Numbered from the stretch's first letter, positions 10,140-20,272 are shown. The stretch: 35,326 nt of DNA from Candidatus Woesearchaeota archaeon CG1_02_57_44 (GCA_001871415.1 MNWW01000036.1:1-35326); one strand, 5' to 3'. Notes: generated by a model not told the origin, from the sequence alone. Numbers and translations are program-made.

Positions 10140-10199
10140 AATAAACTTTGCTATGCTCCACCACAACCCCTTTAAACCCCTCCCCCAACCACTCCTCTC

Positions 10200-10946
10200 A
10201 TGCCCTACCCCAACTATCCTGGCAAGGACAAGGAGCCGGCGCTCTTCAATGCCAAGGAATTCATCACCTGGCGTAACTACCTCAAGCGTGACTATCGTGA
10301 TGCGCCGAAGAAATACATCATCATCTACTATCCGAACATCCTGCGCCACTTCAGGAAGAACCGTGAGACAAAGAAGATTCGATTATATCGATTAGTGTCC
10401 ATCCACCAGTACCTCGATGTCGGCGTGGTCATGATGACGGGCATCGGTTCGCCCAATGCTGCTGTGGCCATGGAAGAGCTCATCGCGCTCGGTGGCGAAT
10501 ATTTCATCAACATCGGTAGTGCGGGCGGCTTGGAGTCGTTCGGCACGTATCTCTGCGAGAAATCTTTGCGCGACGAGGGAACCAGCCATCATTACCTGCC
10601 GGACGCTGAGTTTGCCTACCCGGACAAGGAGCTCACGTTGCGTCTGCAGCAATCCATGCAGCATCAGGATATCACATTCCAGATAGCGCCGTCCTGGACC
10701 ATCGACGCTCCGTACCGTGAGACCAAGGCAGAGATACAGCGTTACCGCAGGAAAGGTATCAAGACCGTGGAGATGGAATCTGCAGCGATATTCGCCGTGG
10801 CGAGAGCAAGAAAAGTCCAAGCCGCGGCGGCTTTCGTAGTCACGGACCTGGTGAGCAAGGACACCTGGCAGCCGAAGTTTCGCGCCCGTTCGGTCAATAA
10901 GGCGCTCTATGCGCTGTTTGATGCCGCGTTGACGAGCCTGTTGTGA
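10200..10946 (+). CDS. Nucleoside phosphorylase (PNP/UDP family 1)
   Basis: GIGSP, EELIALG, IGSAGGL, RDEGTSHHY, WTIDAPYRET, VEMESAA. Confidence 0.9.
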   Translation: MPYPNYPGKDKEPALFNAKEFITWRNYLKRDYRDAPKKYIIIYYPNILRHFRKNRETKKIRLYRLVSIHQYLDVGVVMMTGIGSPNAAVAMEELIALGGEYFINIGSAGGLESFGTYLCEKSLRDEGTSHHYLPDAEFAYPDKELTLRLQQSMQHQDITFQIAPSWTIDAPYRETKAEIQRYRRKGIKTVEMESAAIFAVARARKVQAAAAFVVTDLVSKDTWQPKFRARSVNKALYALFDAALTSLL

Positions 10947-11030
10947 GAGTGTCTATCCTTTGCGGTTGCTATGGGCATTCTACTAGAACTTCCCGAAACC
11001 CTTAATAACCCCCAACGAAAAGACAATGCT

Positions 11031-12425
11031 ATGCACGATCTTCCAGAATGGCTGATTAACGAAGCGACCAAGCGCGGCGCGTCCTACGCAGAGGCACGCT
11101 ATGAGAAGGTCAAGGCGTCAGCTTTCCTGCTCAAGAACGGCGAAGCCGAGCTCGGGCATCTGGACGAGTCCGAAGGCGTCAGTGTCAAGCTGATAGCGGG
11201 CGGCAAGGCGTTCTTCTCCACGCGCACGCTCACAAAGGACAATTGCTCGCGCTTGCTGGACAACGCGCTGCGCATGGCGCAGAAGGCGAAGGTCGATATC
11301 AAGCTTTCAGAAGAACAACCTGTTTCAATCAAATGGGAAGTGCCTGCGAAAAAGCCGATAGCGGACATGGATGTCGCTGACAAGCTCTCCTACCTCAAGG
11401 ATCTTGACAAGCTTATCGTAAGCAAGGGGGATGTGCCAGGCAGGTATCTCTCGCTCACCGACGCCCACACAGAGAAGCTCATTCTCACCAGCGACGGAGG
11501 AAAGGTCGAGTGCGTAACGCCGTCGGTCAATATGCTCTATCACATGACCGTGCAGGTAGAGGAGAAGACCGCGCAGCGCTTCTGGCAGTACGCGGGCAGC
11601 GCAGGCTATGAACTCCTTGACGAATGGGACCTGCAGCAAATTCTCAGCGACGAGGTCACCTCCATGACGCGAGCGCTCACCAAAGGCGAGCGCCCACCGC
11701 AAGGCAAGCTTGACCTGGTGGCTGCGCCGCAGGTCGTGGGCATCATGTGCCATGAGAGCGTCGGGCATCCGACCGAGGCGGACCGCATCCTGGGCTTTGA
11801 GGCCGCGCAGGCAGGCAAGTCATTTATAACGCAGGAGAAACTCGACACGCGCATAGGATCCGACGCGATAACCATCGTCGACGATCCAACAGTCTCTAAC
11901 TCATTCGGCTACTACCAGGCCGACGATGAGTGCATGCCGGCAAGGCGCAGATACCTCTACAAGCAGGGCATCATCACTGACCTGCTGCACAACCGCGAGA
12001 CAGCAGCATTGATGGATACGACAACCACTGCATCTGCCCGCGCCTCAGCGGTCGACCGCGAGAGCATGGTGCGCATGGCCAATACCTTCCTGCTCGAGGG
12101 AGATAATTCCGAAGAGGAGCTCATCGAAGGTGTCAGCAAAGGTGTCTTCATGCGCAACTTCATGGAATGGAACATCGATGACTCCCGCCTGAACCAGAAG
12201 TATGTGGGCATGGACGCATGGCTCATCGAGGACGGTGAGCTCACCAAGCCGCTCCTCAACCCATCGCTGGAGATAACCACCCCGCAGCTCTGGTCAAGTG
12301 TCGACGCTGTCGCGAACAACACGGAATTCCATGCAGGAACGTGCGGCAAGGGCGAGCCCATGCAGGCGATTCCGGTCTGGATGGGCGGCCCGAGTATGCG
12401 CCTTCGCCAGGTGATGCTCAAATGA
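11031..12425 (+). CDS. tldD: TldD-family metalloprotease
   Basis: HESVGHPTEADR zinc motif, DDPT...FGYYQADDE, VRMANT, CGKGEPMQ, GGPSMR. Confidence 0.92.
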   Translation: MHDLPEWLINEATKRGASYAEARYEKVKASAFLLKNGEAELGHLDESEGVSVKLIAGGKAFFSTRTLTKDNCSRLLDNALRMAQKAKVDIKLSEEQPVSIKWEVPAKKPIADMDVADKLSYLKDLDKLIVSKGDVPGRYLSLTDAHTEKLILTSDGGKVECVTPSVNMLYHMTVQVEEKTAQRFWQYAGSAGYELLDEWDLQQILSDEVTSMTRALTKGERPPQGKLDLVAAPQVVGIMCHESVGHPTEADRILGFEAAQAGKSFITQEKLDTRIGSDAITIVDDPTVSNSFGYYQADDECMPARRRYLYKQGIITDLLHNRETAALMDTTTTASARASAVDRESMVRMANTFLLEGDNSEEELIEGVSKGVFMRNFMEWNIDDSRLNQKYVGMDAWLIEDGELTKPLLNPSLEITTPQLWSSVDAVANNTEFHAGTCGKGEPMQAIPVWMGGPSMRLRQVMLK

Positions 12426-13717
12426 ATCATATTGCGCTCCTGCAGGCGAAAGGTGCGACCGATGTCATTGTCACTAACCACGATTTTACCTTGACCCAAG
12501 TCAAGTTCGCCAACAGCAGCATCTTGACGGCAAAGACCTGGGACAGCAATGATCTGGAGCTCTTCGCAGTATTCGGCAAGAAGATGAGCGCGACGACGCT
12601 CCAGAATCCTGCGGCGATTCCGCTTGCAGCAGACGCTATGGCGTCGCTCGCCAAGCATATGCCGGACAATCCGATGTACGATGGCATAGCGAAGGCGCCG
12701 CAGACCTATGCGAAAGTCGATGGCCTCTATGACCCTGCGATCATCGACGCCGATGTCATGGATATGGTGCATGAGCAACTCAATCTCGCCCAGGAACTGC
12801 TGCCTGGTTGCCAGTGCGCTGGCGTGCTGGAGCTCGCCAACGGAACAGAGCACATCGAAAGTTCTGGCGGCATTGATGTCCAAGACAAGGGTACCACTAT
12901 CTATTTTTCCATGCGTGTGATGAAGGGCGATGCGTCAGGGCATATGGTGACCGCGGGTCGTTCATTTAAGACCGACCTTGCCAAAGCGACATCATTCGCG
13001 GCCGATGTCGCACGTACAGCAGCAGCCCTCCCCGTCCGAAAGCTAAAACCAGGACCCTACCAGACCCTCCTTGCACCACTCCCGGCAGCAAACCTCCTGG
13101 ACCATGTAGGTTCAGCCACTTCGATGTTCCATGTGGAAAGCCAGATGAGTCATCTCGGTGGCAAGCTGGGAAAACAAGTCGCAAGTCCGATATTCACGCT
13201 GAGTGATTGCCCGCACCTATCAGATGGCTATCATAGTACGGCAGTTGATGAAGAGGGTCAGGCAACGGCAGACAAGACCTTGATAGAGAATGGCGTCCTG
13301 AAGCGCTATCTGCATAACACCAGCACCGCGAAGCGCAACAATGGCGAGCCAGGCAACGCCGGTCTGATAGCGCCAGAGCCATTCAATATGGTCGTAGACC
13401 CAGGTGAGCATACTGAGGAAGAACTCCGGCAGGAAGCGCAGCTCTACATGACCAATGTCTGGTACACACGTTTTCAGAACATGGCCACAGGTGACTTCTC
13501 CACCATCCCCCGCGATGGCTGTTTTATCATGGAAAAAGGCGAGCCAGTTGCTACCGTCAAGAACATCCGGGTGACCGAGAACCTGCAAGGCGTCTTTGAA
13601 CGCATCGAGGCTCTGGGGAAGGAGCGCGTGCAGGTGCGTGGTTGGGAGGTCGAGACTCCTTGTGTATTGCCCCAGATATTGGCTAAAGATTTAAATATCT
13701 CAGCTCCTTTTTCCTGA
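12422..13717 (+). CDS. pmbA: TldE/PmbA-family partner subunit
   Basis: VDEEG, LIENGVLKRYLHN, TGDFS motifs, no HExxH; ATGA overlap with tldD. Confidence 0.88.
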   Translation: MNHIALLQAKGATDVIVTNHDFTLTQVKFANSSILTAKTWDSNDLELFAVFGKKMSATTLQNPAAIPLAADAMASLAKHMPDNPMYDGIAKAPQTYAKVDGLYDPAIIDADVMDMVHEQLNLAQELLPGCQCAGVLELANGTEHIESSGGIDVQDKGTTIYFSMRVMKGDASGHMVTAGRSFKTDLAKATSFAADVARTAAALPVRKLKPGPYQTLLAPLPAANLLDHVGSATSMFHVESQMSHLGGKLGKQVASPIFTLSDCPHLSDGYHSTAVDEEGQATADKTLIENGVLKRYLHNTSTAKRNNGEPGNAGLIAPEPFNMVVDPGEHTEEELRQEAQLYMTNVWYTRFQNMATGDFSTIPRDGCFIMEKGEPVATVKNIRVTENLQGVFERIEALGKERVQVRGWEVETPCVLPQILAKDLNISAPFS

Positions 13718-14878
13718 ATGGTTTCTATGACGATGAATAAAGAAGAGGACGCTGGCAAGGACGTGAGCAATGTCGTGTTCGGCTACACGGCCAATAACGC
13801 GCAGGTAGAGGAAGAGAACCGCATCCTGCGCGAGACCGTCAACCAGCTCAAGAACGAGCTCACCAAATTCCAGAAGACACCATTGCTGGTCTGCGAGATA
13901 AAGGATTTGCAGGGCGACAAGGCCCTCATGCGCCTGCCCAATGGCAATGAGTTCTTTGTCAATATCGCCGCGTCCTGTGAGCCGCTCACAGCAGGTGATT
14001 CTGCGCTCGTTGAGCAGAAAAATCTGACCGTGGTCAAGAAGATCCCGCTTTCCAAGCGCTTCACGGTCGAGCAGTTTGTCATCATCGAGAAGCCTAACAT
14101 CTCCTGGTCGAGCATCGGCGGTCTTGCCGAGCAGATGACGGAGATAAAGGAAGTAATAGAGCTTCCCCTGAAAAAGCCAGAGCTCTTCAAGGCCATTGGC
14201 ATCACGCCGCCCAAGGGAATCCTTTTGCATGGCCCGCCGGGCACGGGCAAGACTTTGCTGGCAAAGGCGGTGGCATCTTCTACAAAATCAACATTCATCG
14301 AGCTGGTGGGTTCCGAGCTCGTGCAAAAGTTCATCGGCGAGGGCGCCAAGCTCGTCAAGGAGGTCTTTCAGCTCGCGCGGGAGCGCGCGCCATCCATCAT
14401 ATTCATTGATGAGATTGACGCGCTGGCATCAAGGCGCATCGAGATTGGCACGAGTGGCGAGCGTGAGGTGCAGCGCACCTTCATGCAGCTGCTCGCGGAG
14501 ATTGATGGCTTCAAGCATCTGGGCAATGTCAAGGTTGTTGGTTGTACGAATCGCAAGGATATCCTCGACCCCGCGATATTGCGTCCAGGCAGGCTCGACC
14601 GATTAATATACGTCCCTGTACCAAATGTCGAAGGCCGCAAGGAGATTTTTCATATCCATGCAAAGGGCATGGCCACCGGTCGCATGAATGCGCAGAAGCT
14701 GGTCGATGCCATGGACGGGTTTTCCGGCGCTGAAGTGCGCTCGGTCTGCACAGAGGCGGGCTACTTCGCCATCCGCGCGAGCCGTCACAAGGTCACCCAG
14801 GATGACTTCGTCAAAGCCATCGAGAAGGTGCGCCAGGACGAGGAAGCGAGCAAGGATTATCTAGTCATGTTTGGCTGA
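13718..14878 (+). CDS. pan: Proteasome-activating nucleotidase (AAA+ ATPase)
   Basis: N-terminal coiled coil and OB domain, GPPGTGKT, KFIGEG pore loop, FIDEID, REVQRT, RPGRLDR, C-terminal VMFG. Confidence 0.95.
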   Translation: MVSMTMNKEEDAGKDVSNVVFGYTANNAQVEEENRILRETVNQLKNELTKFQKTPLLVCEIKDLQGDKALMRLPNGNEFFVNIAASCEPLTAGDSALVEQKNLTVVKKIPLSKRFTVEQFVIIEKPNISWSSIGGLAEQMTEIKEVIELPLKKPELFKAIGITPPKGILLHGPPGTGKTLLAKAVASSTKSTFIELVGSELVQKFIGEGAKLVKEVFQLARERAPSIIFIDEIDALASRRIEIGTSGEREVQRTFMQLLAEIDGFKHLGNVKVVGCTNRKDILDPAILRPGRLDRLIYVPVPNVEGRKEIFHIHAKGMATGRMNAQKLVDAMDGFSGAEVRSVCTEAGYFAIRASRHKVTQDDFVKAIEKVRQDEEASKDYLVMFG

Positions 14879-14948
14879 ACAGCGGGCAGCTGTTTGCCTC
14901 GTCTTCTGTCACAGGGCACGCATGTTGTGCTGAACGAAGCGATGTGTT

Positions 14949-15986
14949 CTATCGCATCCACGCGCCTGAATGGTATTGCTCCGCAAGCTCCCTCACGCTC
15001 CTCTCGCCGATACCGAAGATGACCGGCTCATGGAACATATTGCGCGTGTCGATTGATTCCTCGATGCCGAGCGCTCGCAGGGCATAGTCTGGCGGGGCGG
15101 GCTGCTCGGTCCATGAGAGCGTGCCCTGATAGAGGCCGCTGGCATCGAGGGGGCGAAGCTCTATGCGATAGTGCTGGGATGCCCCCGGAACCGTCATGTC
15201 TGTGAGTGTGAGCGATACGCTGATATCGCCGTCTCCTTCAGCATCACTGCTGGCCATGCCATCCCTGTCTAGCGTGTGCACACCGATGTTTTCATCCTGC
15301 CGGAACAGTTCGATGTAGGACGCGAGAGGATTAAAAACATTCAGCACGCCGGTGTACAGGATACGCTCTTTGCTGATGTGTCCAGTCTGCGCCAGCAGCG
15401 CCCGGCGTTCAGTGATCCTCGCTTCCCTGGCAATCTCCAGGTCCACTTCTGACGAGATCACTTGTCGTTGCACTTCTTTCTGGAGCGACAGTCCCTGCCT
15501 ATAGGCGATGTCGTGGGCGAGCAGTGGAGATGCCACGACGAGCGGGATGTCCTGCGTCTGCAGCGCGCCTTTTAGCCGATGCAGGCTGCGGGCGTAGCAG
15601 GCATCATCAATTCGTCCCTGCTGCATGCCTGTTTTGATGGCGTAGTCGGCGACTGCCTGCCCATCATGGACGTCGGGATGAGGAATGTCCGGCATCATCC
15701 GGGATGCATTCAGGTAGTCTCCATAGTCACCAGCATTGGTGAGCCACGCGACAGAAGTGCCAAGGGCCTCGCAGGACTCCCTGACCTGGCCCCAGTAGCG
15801 CTGGTTCAGGCGCATGCGCTCGTGCAGGATGTGTGCATCATCGTCGCGCAGCATCCTTGCCGCTTCGTGCTCATCCTCTTCGCTCATCCACGCGATGGCG
15901 GCAGTCTTGCCGGGCTCCACAGCGGAGAGCAGCGCTATGAGTCCTCTGCTGGGTGTTGGGTCTGTCCTGGCGCTGACAATCATCAT
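14949..15986 (-). CDS. Hypothetical protein
   Basis: Long ORF filling the gap between pan and the trm5-like gene; TTTATAAA at 16009-16016 supports a start at 15986; no motif recognised. Confidence 0.7.
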   Translation of the reverse strand: MMIVSARTDPTPSRGLIALLSAVEPGKTAAIAWMSEEDEHEAARMLRDDDAHILHERMRLNQRYWGQVRESCEALGTSVAWLTNAGDYGDYLNASRMMPDIPHPDVHDGQAVADYAIKTGMQQGRIDDACYARSLHRLKGALQTQDIPLVVASPLLAHDIAYRQGLSLQKEVQRQVISSEVDLEIAREARITERRALLAQTGHISKERILYTGVLNVFNPLASYIELFRQDENIGVHTLDRDGMASSDAEGDGDISVSLTLTDMTVPGASQHYRIELRPLDASGLYQGTLSWTEQPAPPDYALRALGIEESIDTRNMFHEPVIFGIGERSVRELAEQYHSGAWMR

Positions 15987-16249
15987 ACTGCAGAAAATTT
16001 TTTGTCGGTTTATAAAACTGAGCATGATGAGGCGTAGCGCGTGCAAAGTGATCCGCAATGATGCATCGATGGTACAGAGAAGAGCACAGCTCCCAAGTTA
16101 CATCCGTCGCTCATCGCCGAGGCTCGCTGGGTGTTCACACGGTCATCGCTGTGCAGAACCTAATAATCCCGTGGTGTATTTCAACCTTCGCTTTTGCCAG
16201 ATCAAAGCGCGTGTAAACGACAGCCAGACTCCTGTGGTACGAATAGCGC

Positions 16250-17293
16250 TCAGTTGTGTCGCTTCCGCTTCACGGCGATATCGATGCACGTCCTCGTGAT
16301 GCCCGGGCTATAGCCGCCGCAAGCGACGCAGCGCACGATGCTGCAATCATAGCCCTCGGTCGGCAGCTGCGTCAGCTCATACGCGCAGTCTGCCTGCAGC
16401 TCTTTTTCTCTGCAGAAGAAGTAGTAATGTATCATGGCCGAGTCTTTGCACGCGGCAAGCGAGGTGCTGAAGAATCCCGCCGCCCCTTTCGGCAGCGGCA
16501 TGACTATCCTGTCGAACTGCCCCAGCGTCGGGACCACCTCGTTGGCATCGCCGCAGTGGAGCGCTATCCTGCCCGCCGCGGCCTTGTTGCGCTGCGCGTT
16601 CTCCTCTGCCAGCGCGTGCGCGTCAGCATTCAGCTCCACGCCGACTATTTTGCCTGCTTCGCTGTTCTTGGCGAGGGTGAGCACATAAGGCCCGCTGCCA
16701 GAGAACATGACGAGCACGTCCTCGCCTGGCTTGACGAGTGATGCCACGCGCATGCGTTCCCCTGCGGAGCGTGGGGAATAGTAGGTCTTCCCCAGTGTCA
16801 GCTTGAGCCTCGCGCCGTTTTCGTGGTGGACGGTCGTGAGGTTGTCCTCTCCCGCGATGACCCGGACGGGCTGCAGCCGATGTTCGCCAACGTGCATGCC
16901 TGCTTTCGCGGCAATGGCGCGTATGCCCTTATGGAACTGCAGGTAGCATTGGCCGATGGCGGCTGATTTCTGCTCAAGTTCCGGCGGCAGCTCTATGAGT
17001 ACGATGTCGCCGATGATGTCATAGCTGCTGCCCAGCAGCGAGAGTTCATCCGCGCTCAACACTTCAGAAAGCAGCTCCTTGACCTCACGCGGCTTTGCAA
17101 TGATCCTGTCTGGCAAGTCGCGCATGATTGCAGCAATGCCCGCCAGCGACTCAGCAACCTCGCCTGCCACCGGCAGGCACACTTCATCGTCTTGTGTAGA
17201 GAACCGTCGTCGCCGGTCCAGCAGCCCAACGTGCGCTAGTCGCTCGCGCGCTTTCTGCGCGTCTTCTGGCCTGACACAGCAATAGAGACCCAT
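16250..17293 (-). CDS. Trm5/Met-10+-like SAM-dependent tRNA methyltransferase
   Basis: SYDIIGDIVLI, HHENG, YYSPR, VLVMFSGSGPY, VELN, GDA, DRIVMPLP. Confidence 0.88.
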   Translation of the reverse strand: MGLYCCVRPEDAQKARERLAHVGLLDRRRRFSTQDDEVCLPVAGEVAESLAGIAAIMRDLPDRIIAKPREVKELLSEVLSADELSLLGSSYDIIGDIVLIELPPELEQKSAAIGQCYLQFHKGIRAIAAKAGMHVGEHRLQPVRVIAGEDNLTTVHHENGARLKLTLGKTYYSPRSAGERMRVASLVKPGEDVLVMFSGSGPYVLTLAKNSEAGKIVGVELNADAHALAEENAQRNKAAAGRIALHCGDANEVVPTLGQFDRIVMPLPKGAAGFFSTSLAACKDSAMIHYYFFCREKELQADCAYELTQLPTEGYDCSIVRCVACGGYSPGITRTCIDIAVKRKRHN

Positions 17294-17385
17294 GGTGGGG
17301 AATAATCCCTATCACAATATAATCTTTGCGTCGGAACCATGGACATCGGACAGCAAAGGAGCTATATGCTGCTGAATGCCACCCT

Positions 17386-18420
17386 TCAGAAGAACGCGTC
17401 AAGCCCCCGCTGTTTGGGGGTCATCTTGGCAAGCGATGCTTCGATGCGCTCGAGAGAGAATTCATGCTGCCCGACAAGGATGCGAAGCACGGCCTGTTTG
17501 TCAGGCGCCTTCCAGGCCAAGGAGTAGTCGTCAGTGACCGCAGGATGGGCGAGCAGCGTATAGACGTCATGCCAGTCCTGCTCAAAATATTCTTCCCACT
17601 TCACCGCGGCGAAGAGCGCGCGTCTGCCGTCGTCGCTGACACCATCGCCAGTGACATGCTCTTTCACCAGCTTGAGCGCTTTTTTCGGGCCGATGCCCTT
17701 GATGCCTCCCTGGTTGTAGTCTGTGCCGATGAGCATGCCCAGCAGTATCAATTGCTCTTGCGTGAGTCCCTGCTGCTCGAGCATGACTGATAGTTCGACA
17801 AGCTCAGGCGGTGTCTGTCGTGTGCCAAGCCCTTGTCGTCGTCGTTGGCTGGCTGATAGATTCCTTGCCAGCCGCGGCGCGCCGAAGAGCAAGGTGTCAG
17901 CGTCCTGGCTGGCGACAGCCCACGCCTTGCTTTGTTTGACCATGTGCGCTGCCTGCGCTTCTGCTTCCGCTGGCGCGGCGATAACAGGCATGCCGAGTGC
18001 GGCGACAAGCGTCATGGCTTCTTCTTTCATCTCGCGTGTCAAGCGTACTGTTCTTCTGGCGTACTTGGCCATGGCGTCGATGTCCTTCTCAGCGGCAGCT
18101 TTCTGGTACGCCGCCGCGGCCTCCTCTTTTGCGACACGCCGCCGGGTGAGTTCCGCCTGCTTGAGTCCGGGAGGTGTCCCGTCAAAGACCCATGCCGGTC
18201 GCGCGCCAAGTGACATCAACCAGGCGCTGCGATTGAGGACTCCTGCGAGATGGCTGGTGATAGAGCCGTGGCTGTCCATGAGCGGCGTCCCGTCCTGTTG
18301 CCTGATGCTGCTCAGGAACTGGTAGAGGAAGAGCGGAGCGTCCACAGCCAGAATCTTGCCTTTGAGAGCCTCTTCTGAGAGTTCTCTGGCCTGCCACAGC
18401 TCCGTGATGTTGACGCCCAT
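17386..18420 (-). CDS. fen: Flap endonuclease 1
   Basis: MGVNI, AVDA, YQFLSSIRQ.DG.PL.DS.G.ITSHL, EAEAQ, SQDADTLLFG, GTDYN, GIGPKKA, C-terminal PIP box QRGLDAFF. Confidence 0.96.
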   Translation of the reverse strand: MGVNITELWQARELSEEALKGKILAVDAPLFLYQFLSSIRQQDGTPLMDSHGSITSHLAGVLNRSAWLMSLGARPAWVFDGTPPGLKQAELTRRRVAKEEAAAAYQKAAAEKDIDAMAKYARRTVRLTREMKEEAMTLVAALGMPVIAAPAEAEAQAAHMVKQSKAWAVASQDADTLLFGAPRLARNLSASQRRRQGLGTRQTPPELVELSVMLEQQGLTQEQLILLGMLIGTDYNQGGIKGIGPKKALKLVKEHVTGDGVSDDGRRALFAAVKWEEYFEQDWHDVYTLLAHPAVTDDYSLAWKAPDKQAVLRILVGQHEFSLERIEASLAKMTPKQRGLDAFF

Positions 18421-18551
18421 GTGAAGCGGTATCCTGCGGGCGCTTATAAAATTGGCCCTGTCTGTCCCTGTGGTCTTCCTGCTCTTCCTGTTCGCTGTAC
18501 AGTCGCTCAGAAATGATACTTTTATTAATGCAGCCCCCACCAGTACAGTTC

Positions 18552-19706
18552 ATGCGCGATGCTCAATTGCACAGGCCTGTCATATTGGCCATGGTCGCTG
18601 TCATCATGGTGCTGGGGCTTGGTCTGGCCTACTCGTCCATGGGCCGTCTGCAGAATCTGCGTATGGAGGAAGAGCAGGTCTCGCTCACCGCGAGCATGCA
18701 GGCGACCATCGATAACCTGCTGCGAAGTTCTGAGACAGGCTCTGCCATCGAGCGCTCCTTCCAGGTGGCGCCAGGCATATCTGAGATATGCTTCGCGGAT
18801 GCGAACGCCCCTTTGGATAAGTTTGTCTCGGCTGAGCTTGCGCGTAGGGTGACAGATGGTTCTGTAGTGGCCGCTAAATCAGGCAAAAGATTTCTGCTCT
18901 CTCCTGTGGAGCATCTGCAGCTCAATCGCAATCCGCTGTGCATAGCGACTGACGGCTCGCTTGATGTGCGGCTCGTCTCGCGCAGCAGAGGGGCCGACAT
19001 CATGCCGCTCGACCAGGGGCAGCAGCGCGCTGATTGCACATCCGTGCTCTACAATGGCGCGGAGCAATCGAGCGTCGATGTGACTTTTGTCAGCGACAAC
19101 TACGGCGATGAGGAGGACTTTGCCAGGGACGTCGCGGAATACACGCTCTACCTCATCCAGCATGAGCCCTTCAAGTCGCGCCAGGACGTGTTCAATTTCT
19201 ATCGTGTCTTCACCCAAGCACCGCTTGACTGCATGCAGCAGGGCATCCTCGCCTGCGACCCTTACGCAGCGAAGCGCGAGGCGGCCAAGTGCCCGTCAGA
19301 TTATGTCATCGTCATGCACAGCAGGTCAAAGACGCAGAACCTGGCATCGCCCATCCGTTCGAGCAGCCGAGGGACGCTGGTGTCACTGAACGCGGCTGAT
19401 GACAAGGCGATATTCATCCATGAGTTCGGTCATGCCTTTGGCGAGCTTGGCGACGAGTACGTCGACGAGCGTTACTACAGCGCGGCGCGCATCGACCCGT
19501 TGGATTATCCGAACTGCGACAGGGCGCCCTGCGCGCGCTGGTCAGGCATGAACGCGACCGGATGCTATTCTGGGTGTATGCTGGGCGCCTACAGCAGACC
19601 CACCGCTGATTCCGTCATGCGTTCTCCCTACAGGACCACTGACTTTGGCGCGTTCAACGAGCAGGAGCTGATGCAGCATCTTGCGCGTTATGGAGGTGAG
19701 CGTTGA
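18552..19706 (+). CDS. Exported M64 (IgA peptidase)-like zinc metalloprotease with N-terminal membrane/pilin-like segment
   Basis: N-terminal hydrophobic helix; VDVTFVSD, EPFKS...FNFY, HEFGHAFGELGDEY, NC, RPTADSVMR; Cys-rich. Confidence 0.8.
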   Translation: MRDAQLHRPVILAMVAVIMVLGLGLAYSSMGRLQNLRMEEEQVSLTASMQATIDNLLRSSETGSAIERSFQVAPGISEICFADANAPLDKFVSAELARRVTDGSVVAAKSGKRFLLSPVEHLQLNRNPLCIATDGSLDVRLVSRSRGADIMPLDQGQQRADCTSVLYNGAEQSSVDVTFVSDNYGDEEDFARDVAEYTLYLIQHEPFKSRQDVFNFYRVFTQAPLDCMQQGILACDPYAAKREAAKCPSDYVIVMHSRSKTQNLASPIRSSSRGTLVSLNAADDKAIFIHEFGHAFGELGDEYVDERYYSAARIDPLDYPNCDRAPCARWSGMNATGCYSGCMLGAYSRPTADSVMRSPYRTTDFGAFNEQELMQHLARYGGER

Positions 19707-20251
19707 TGCGTGCAAGGACTCAGGGCGCATTCCATATGCAAAGGGCACTGTTGGCATCATTGCTCCTGGCAATCGCGTTGTCATCACTCCCAGCCATACG
19801 CGCGGGCATCATCGGTCAGGCGCCTGATGAGCTATTGCTGGTCAAGGTGCAGGCGGCAGACAGCAGCACAGGAGGGTATCGCGTGCTTGAGTCCGTGACC
19901 TTGACTGGCTTTCTGCCTGACTACAGAAACCCCCCTGCAAAGCCCTATCAGGCCGTGCTGCGCGACCATGACATGGTGCAGTTCACTCTGGGTTTCCATG
20001 ACCCGCGCCTTATCCTGACTGACGCTATCGTCGGAGAAGAGATGCAGGGGGGCGTGGAGAAGCTTGATGAGGCAAGCTTCGCGCTGCTCTTGCCCACGAC
20101 CAACGCGACAGACCTGGACATCTACGACAATGAAGGCGCGCTGGTGCTCACGCACCCGTTGCGGAAGCGGGCGGTGTCATGGTCATGGTTGTTGCTGCTG
20201 GCGCTGCCGCTGCTCGCGTGGATTGTCTACGCCATGAGAAAGGAAGCGTGA
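19706..20251 (+). CDS. Exported protein with signal peptide and C-terminal membrane anchor
   Basis: GGAGGTG at 19692-19698, TGATG overlap with the protease gene, hydrophobic N-terminus, C-terminal SWSWLLLLALPLLAWIVYAMRKEA. Confidence 0.8.
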   Translation: MRARTQGAFHMQRALLASLLLAIALSSLPAIRAGIIGQAPDELLLVKVQAADSSTGGYRVLESVTLTGFLPDYRNPPAKPYQAVLRDHDMVQFTLGFHDPRLILTDAIVGEEMQGGVEKLDEASFALLLPTTNATDLDIYDNEGALVLTHPLRKRAVSWSWLLLLALPLLAWIVYAMRKEA

Positions 20252-20272
20252 TGCTGTCGGAGATTCATTCAA

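Noticed and set aside
11957..12883. Long antisense ORFs (also 22019-22981 and 28736-29884)
   Set aside because: They lie opposite well-supported genes in GC-rich DNA and carry no recognisable motifs; shadow ORFs.
16024..16078. Possible C/D-box sRNA (ATGATGA at 16024, ATGATGC at 16058)
   Set aside because: The D and D' positions read CAGA and GTGA rather than CTGA, and the nearby TATA is too close to serve as its promoter.
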